Assembly: GCA_947447665.1 (NCBI GenBank)
Contig: CANFJX010000009.1
Span: forward strand, 20,301-84,300
Reading direction: 5' to 3'
Length of the DNA: 64,000 bases
DNA from: Bacteriovoracaceae bacterium
GTDB lineage: Bacteria > Bdellovibrionota > UBA1018
This document shows, piece by piece, positions 60,087 to 64,000 of the stretch. Within the stretch, counting starts at the first letter, position 1. Every line of letters starts with the position of its first letter. The notes under the pieces were generated by a model that saw only the letters and a list, made by a program, of their open reading frames with translations, was not told the DNA's origin and did no database searches. The position numbers and the translations under genes are program-made.

Positions 60087-62597
60087 TTATGCAGCCCGGT
60101 CAAATCCAGGCCGTGCGGTCGTCGTCTTTTTCCGAGAGGCTTTGGATTTCTCCTCCTTCGGAGGGTTTGTCGGACCCGTTAACTTCAGTTTTGGTAGTCT
60201 GGCTGTCAGCACTACGTTCAGCACATCATCGATCGTTTTAGCCGTGATAAAGGTGAGCTGGTCTCGAAACTCTTCAGGGATATCTTCGAGGTCCTTTTTG
60301 TTTTTTTCTGGAATAACGATGGTCTTGATTCCATGTCTCATGGCAGCCAAAGCCTTTTCCTTTAACCCACCGATGGGTAAGACCCTCCCTGTGAGCGTGA
60401 TTTCTCCGGTCATCGCTACGTCTCGTCTCAAGGGGATTCCCGTGAGTCTGGAGATCATTGCAGAAGCCATGGTAATTCCTGCGGAGGGCCCATCTTTCGG
60501 AATTCCTCCCGCTGGAAAGTGCACATGGATATCAATCGTAGAGAAAATGTCCTCATCGATCTCAAAATCTTTTGCGCGTGATCGAATCAAGCCAAGGGCT
60601 GCCTGTCCAGACTCTTTCATGACCTCGCCAAGTTGCCCCGTGAGCGTAACTCCACCCTTTCCCTTCATCGAGTTGACTTCGACGTAGAGAATTTCACCTC
60701 CGACTGATGTCCAAGCAAGGCCGGTTGCGATGCCCACTTCGTCCTTTTCCTGCTCGTCCTCTCGGATGTGAGGGGCTGGGCCAAGGAACTTTTGAACTTG
60801 GTCGGGTGTGATTAAGGTTTTTTCTGTTTTCCCTTCAGCCACCCAGCGAGCTGTCTTTCTGCAAACCGTACCAATGCTTCGCTCTAGGTTTCTGAGTCCG
60901 GCTTCACGAGTGTACTGAGAAACAACAGTCTTAATCGCATCGTCTTCAAATTGAATTTGGGCTTCATTGATTCCGTTTTCACTAATTTGTTTAGGAATTA
61001 TGTATTTTTTGGATATGAAGAATTTTTCTTCCTCCGTGTACCCAGAGAGCTGAATGACTTCCATTCGATCTCGGAGAGCAGATGGAATTGTATCCAACAC
61101 GTTACAAGTCGCGATGAACATGACATTCGACAGGTCAAATGGAACATTCAGGTAGTGATCTCTGAATGAATTATTTTGTTCTGGATCTAAAACTTCTAAT
61201 AGAGCTGCCGAAGGGTCTCCCCTGAAGTCACTCCCTAGTTTGTCGATTTCATCCAAGACAAAGACTGGATTGTTGCTTCCAGCTTGTTTAAGTCCTTGGA
61301 TAATTCGACCGGGAAGGGCTCCTACGTAAGTTCTACGATGGCCTCTGACTTCTGCTTCGTCCTTCACGCCGCCGAGGGAAATTCTGACAAACTCCCGTCC
61401 GAGTGCTCGAGCGATCGATTTTCCCAGTGAAGTTTTACCGACTCCGGGAGGACCTGCAAAGCACAGCAGTGGTCCCTTCATTTTTTCTTTCAGTTTTCTG
61501 ACAGCTAAGTACTCGAGAATTCGTTCCTTAATTTTAGAGAGATTGTAATGATCCTCGTCGAGAGTCATTTTAGCTCTTTTTAAATCAAGGTTGTCGTGAG
61601 TTTGCTTGCTCCAAGGAGTTTCAATGAGCCAGTCCACGTAGGTGCGTAGCATGGATGCTTCGGATGCATCTGGGTGCATTCGCTCAAGACGTCCTAGCTG
61701 CTTGAGGGCTTCTATCTCGACTTCTTGAGGCATTTTGCAGATCAGGATCTTTTCCTTTAGTTCCCCAATCTCTTCGCCCTTGATGTCTGTGTCGCCTAAT
61801 TCAGTCTTAATTGCTCTAATTTGTTCCCTTAAGAAGTACTCCTTTTGGGATTTAGTCATCTCATCTTTTGCCTGGGATCTTATTTTGGCTTGGATCGAGA
61901 GGACTTCGATTTCCTTGCTGAGGATTTCGTAGACCTTCTTCAACCGGATAGTGCTATCCGTGGTTTCTAGGATACCTTGGGCATCGCTCACTTTTAGTCC
62001 TAAATTGGACGCGACTAAGTCTGCAAGTCGACCTGGATCAGTAATGTCGTCTAAAACCATCAGGATATCTGGCGTCAGTACTTTTCCGAGAGAGATGACT
62101 CGCTCCAGTTGCTCCCGGACGTTTCGCATAAGGGCTTCGACCTCGGCGATATCGCCGAAGTTGGTTTCATTGATTCTATTAATTTTTACTTCAAAGAAGG
62201 GCTGGGTCTGGGTGTAGTTTTGGATGTTTGCCTTGCATAGACCTTGTGTCAAAATTTTGATTCGACCATCTGGCAGTTTTCGCATCCGCATAATCATCGC
62301 GACTGTGCCGGTGCGATAGATGGCGTCTGGAGATGGATGCTCGTCAGTGATTTCCTTCTGAGATGAGAGGAGAATTAGGCGGTCTGGCCGTGCCAGGCTC
62401 TCCTCGACGCTCCTGATAGAGGAGTCTCGTCCTACGAACAAGGGAATAATCATATACGGAAAAACGACAATGTCCCTCACGGGCAACATCGGCAAAGTTT
62501 CTGGGATCTCCACTTGCTCGCCGTCGTAATTTGTTACCATCTGGCCTCCTATTGTTGCCCACAACCGATTTGAACTGTTGATAGACGATTCGGACAA
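60087..62597 (-). CDS. lon: ATP-dependent Lon protease (LonA)
   Basis: LON N-domain LPMLPVRDIVVFPYMIIPLFVGR. AAA+ motifs GPPGVGKTS and VFVLDEIDK. Protease Ser motif PKDGPSAGI. Confidence 0.95.
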   Translation of the reverse strand: MSESSINSSNRLWATIGGQMVTNYDGEQVEIPETLPMLPVRDIVVFPYMIIPLFVGRDSSIRSVEESLARPDRLILLSSQKEITDEHPSPDAIYRTGTVAMIMRMRKLPDGRIKILTQGLCKANIQNYTQTQPFFEVKINRINETNFGDIAEVEALMRNVREQLERVISLGKVLTPDILMVLDDITDPGRLADLVASNLGLKVSDAQGILETTDSTIRLKKVYEILSKEIEVLSIQAKIRSQAKDEMTKSQKEYFLREQIRAIKTELGDTDIKGEEIGELKEKILICKMPQEVEIEALKQLGRLERMHPDASEASMLRTYVDWLIETPWSKQTHDNLDLKRAKMTLDEDHYNLSKIKERILEYLAVRKLKEKMKGPLLCFAGPPGVGKTSLGKSIARALGREFVRISLGGVKDEAEVRGHRRTYVGALPGRIIQGLKQAGSNNPVFVLDEIDKLGSDFRGDPSAALLEVLDPEQNNSFRDHYLNVPFDLSNVMFIATCNVLDTIPSALRDRMEVIQLSGYTEEEKFFISKKYIIPKQISENGINEAQIQFEDDAIKTVVSQYTREAGLRNLERSIGTVCRKTARWVAEGKTEKTLITPDQVQKFLGPAPHIREDEQEKDEVGIATGLAWTSVGGEILYVEVNSMKGKGGVTLTGQLGEVMKESGQAALGLIRSRAKDFEIDEDIFSTIDIHVHFPAGGIPKDGPSAGITMASAMISRLTGIPLRRDVAMTGEITLTGRVLPIGGLKEKALAAMRHGIKTIVIPEKNKKDLEDIPEEFRDQLTFITAKTIDDVLNVVLTARLPKLKLTGPTNPPKEEKSKASRKKTTTARPGFDRAA

Positions 62598-62653
62598 TTG
62601 GAGAGGTGCCTTTAGGTAAAACTTTTTTTAAATCCTTTCAGGATTTTTTAACA

Positions 62654-63016
62654 TTAAGCGTAAATTTTTTCTCGGTGCTCTTGTCTTTCCTTGCATGCAA
62701 TGCACATCGTAGAGACAGGTCTAGCTTCGAGTCGTCGAGGTTCAATGGGCTCCTCGCACTCTTCGCAAGTGCCGAAGGTGCCTTCGTCCATTCGGGCGAG
62801 AGCTTCATCGATTTTGCTTAAGAGCTGTCTTTCTCGGTCACGAAGCTTAAAGACGAGGTTTTGGTTGATTTCACTGGCTGCCAAGTCAGTCTCATCCGGT
62901 AGGTCATCGGGAGACAGAACGAGTTCATTTTTTAAAGCATTTTTAGAGTTATTTAAAATTCGTTGCTTTTCTTCTAAGAGTAGCTTTCTATATTTCGCTA
63001 CCAATTGAATATTCAT
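62654..63016 (-). CDS. dksA: DksA/TraR-family C4 zinc-finger protein
   Basis: Coiled-coil tip motif DETDLAA (DxxDxA). Zinc finger CEECEEPI..(N17)..CIACKERQ. 120 aa. Confidence 0.75.
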   Translation of the reverse strand: MNIQLVAKYRKLLLEEKQRILNNSKNALKNELVLSPDDLPDETDLAASEINQNLVFKLRDRERQLLSKIDEALARMDEGTFGTCEECEEPIEPRRLEARPVSTMCIACKERQEHREKIYA

Positions 63017-63268
63017 TTTTTCTCCCCCCGTTTAGAATTATCCCCGTTCTCTGAATCCGTTTTATTTTAACCTGATCCTGAGTTTTGACAACGGGTTTTA
63101 TTCCGAATCAAAAGAAATATCAATCGAAAGAATTGTTAGAAAAAAGAAATGGATCGCTACTGAGGTTTGATCATTACCAGTCTAAAGAAACGGGCGTATT
63201 TGGCAATTTCAGTCATCATTTCAGATTGTTAGCTTGAGTAATGCATTAATTTCCGATAGCTCAAAGGG

Positions 63269-64000
63269 ATGAATGCGAAAAATGGGGTCAAATCGGTTTC
63301 AAATATCGGGGTTTTAGTTTTGGCTGCAGGACTTGGAAAGCGAATGCGCTCCAGTATCCCTAAGGTTTTACATGATTTGGCGGGAAAACCGCTTATTTTT
63401 CACGTCTTAAACCAGGTTCAAAAAGTTTGTCCTGAGGCTTCGATTGGAATTGTGGTTGGCCATGGCCGGGAGCTGGTTGAGGAGTATATTCAAAATGAGC
63501 CCGTTTTTGCTGGCCTTTCAATCCACTTGATTCAACAGGCTGAACAAAAGGGAACGGGTCATGCCGCTCGATGTGCATTGGAGTCAGAGTGGGGAAGTGA
63601 AAGAGTTCAAAAAGATAGTCCAATTCTAGTTCTTCCCGGGGATTTGCCACTGATTTCTGAATCTCTGATTCGCGAAATGATCGCCCCCTTGGCAGCTAAG
63701 TCGCCGCTTCGTGCTCTCACTTGTCAGCTTAGTCATCCGACCGGTTACGGGCGGATAGTGCGAGGCTCAGAGAGTCATAAAGTGGTCAGAATTGTTGAAG
63801 AAAAAGATGCAACTCCCAAGGAGAGGGAAATTCAAGAGGTGGCCACCTCGATTTATTTCTTCGAGTCGAAATTTCTTGGTCGTTCGCTCCCTGCGCTGTC
63901 GGCAAACAATGCCCAGAAGGAGTATTATTTAACAGACCTAGTTTCTATGGCTTCTCAAGGGGGTCTGGAGGTCTCAACTTTGCTTTGGAGCGATGTGGAT
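63269..64000 (+). CDS. glmU: Bifunctional GlmU (UDP-GlcNAc pyrophosphorylase / GlcN-1-P acetyltransferase), N-terminal 244 codons; runs off the right edge
   Basis: My translation from the ATG at 63269 gives MNAKNGVKSVSNIGVLVLAAGLGKRMRSSIPKVLHDLAGKPL.. (the LAAGxGxRM signature), ..QQAEQKGTGHA.., ..VLPGDLPLI... It is open to nt 64000. Confidence 0.8.
   Translation, partial: MNAKNGVKSVSNIGVLVLAAGLGKRMRSSIPKVLHDLAGKPLIFHVLNQVQKVCPEASIGIVVGHGRELVEEYIQNEPVFAGLSIHLIQQAEQKGTGHAARCALESEWGSERVQKDSPILVLPGDLPLISESLIREMIAPLAAKSPLRALTCQLSHPTGYGRIVRGSESHKVVRIVEEKDATPKEREIQEVATSIYFFESKFLGRSLPALSANNAQKEYYLTDLVSMASQGGLEVSTLLWSDVD

Noticed and set aside
60058-60687. 209-aa plus-strand ORF inside lon. Similar long antisense ORFs occur at 51237-52055 (rne), 19614-20147 (murJ), 23918-24463 (mltD), 3604-4143 (rlmL-like), 25234-25689 (lysC) and 18529-18969 (BC-like).
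   Set aside because: Each lies fully inside a confidently recognised gene on the opposite strand. The proteins are low-complexity and Arg/Ser/Pro-rich, with no RBS. These are typical shadow ORFs.
62620-62650. Short hairpin AAATCCT-TTC-AGGATTT between the dksA-like gene and lon
   Set aside because: The stem is only 6-7 bp, and the U-run is on the wrong strand for the minus-strand genes. It is not convincing as a terminator.
1-64000. Search for CRISPR arrays, long tandem repeats, transposases, integrases, phage genes, toxin-antitoxin pairs, reverse transcriptases and rRNA genes
   Set aside because: I recognised none by eye. The only repeats seen are short palindromes, the GAT microsatellite and the 11-mer pair reported above.

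Overview
A 64-kb, roughly 50% GC, gene-dense chromosomal segment from a Gram-negative bacterium, with about 57 CDS. Gene content would fit a Bdellovibrio-like or deltaproteobacteria-like lineage: system II cytochrome c biogenesis, MurJ, an MltD lipoprotein, many secreted orphan proteins and a complete deo nucleoside-catabolism operon. I cannot verify taxonomy without a database search.

Most of the window is housekeeping:
- Ribosome biogenesis and modification: rlmI, an rlmL-like gene, an Rsm22-like gene, rlmM, dbpA, rlmH, rsfS, obg, rpmA, rplU, prmA.
- Cell envelope: murJ, mltD, glmU.
- Respiration: ccsB and ccsA.
- Central metabolism: pfkA, gpmI, lysC, nadD, and the deoC-deoB-deoA-punA-cdd operon.
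- RNA and protein turnover: rne, lon.
- DNA: a uvrD/pcrA-type helicase and HU.

I saw no rRNA, tRNA, CRISPR array, transposase, integrase or phage gene, and no clear-cut known defence system.

The best candidates for undescribed biology are:
1. An operon that couples two CNNM/CorC-type transporters to a cheY-cheX pair and a small membrane protein (56278-59966).
2. A biotin-carboxylase/BCCP-like fusion whose catalytic and biotinylation motifs look degenerate, followed by a small coupled ORF upstream of murJ (17122-19394).
3. A secreted papain-like protease fused to ankyrin repeats, beside an extremely AT-rich spacer (13514-15818).
4. A Trm112-Zn-ribbon methyltransferase-dbpA-rlmM operon, divergent from an 818-aa secreted orphan (29248-35526).
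5. An RNase E whose S1 domain is split by an acidic insertion of about 295 aa.

All family assignments are by-eye motif recognition and need HMM or BLAST confirmation.
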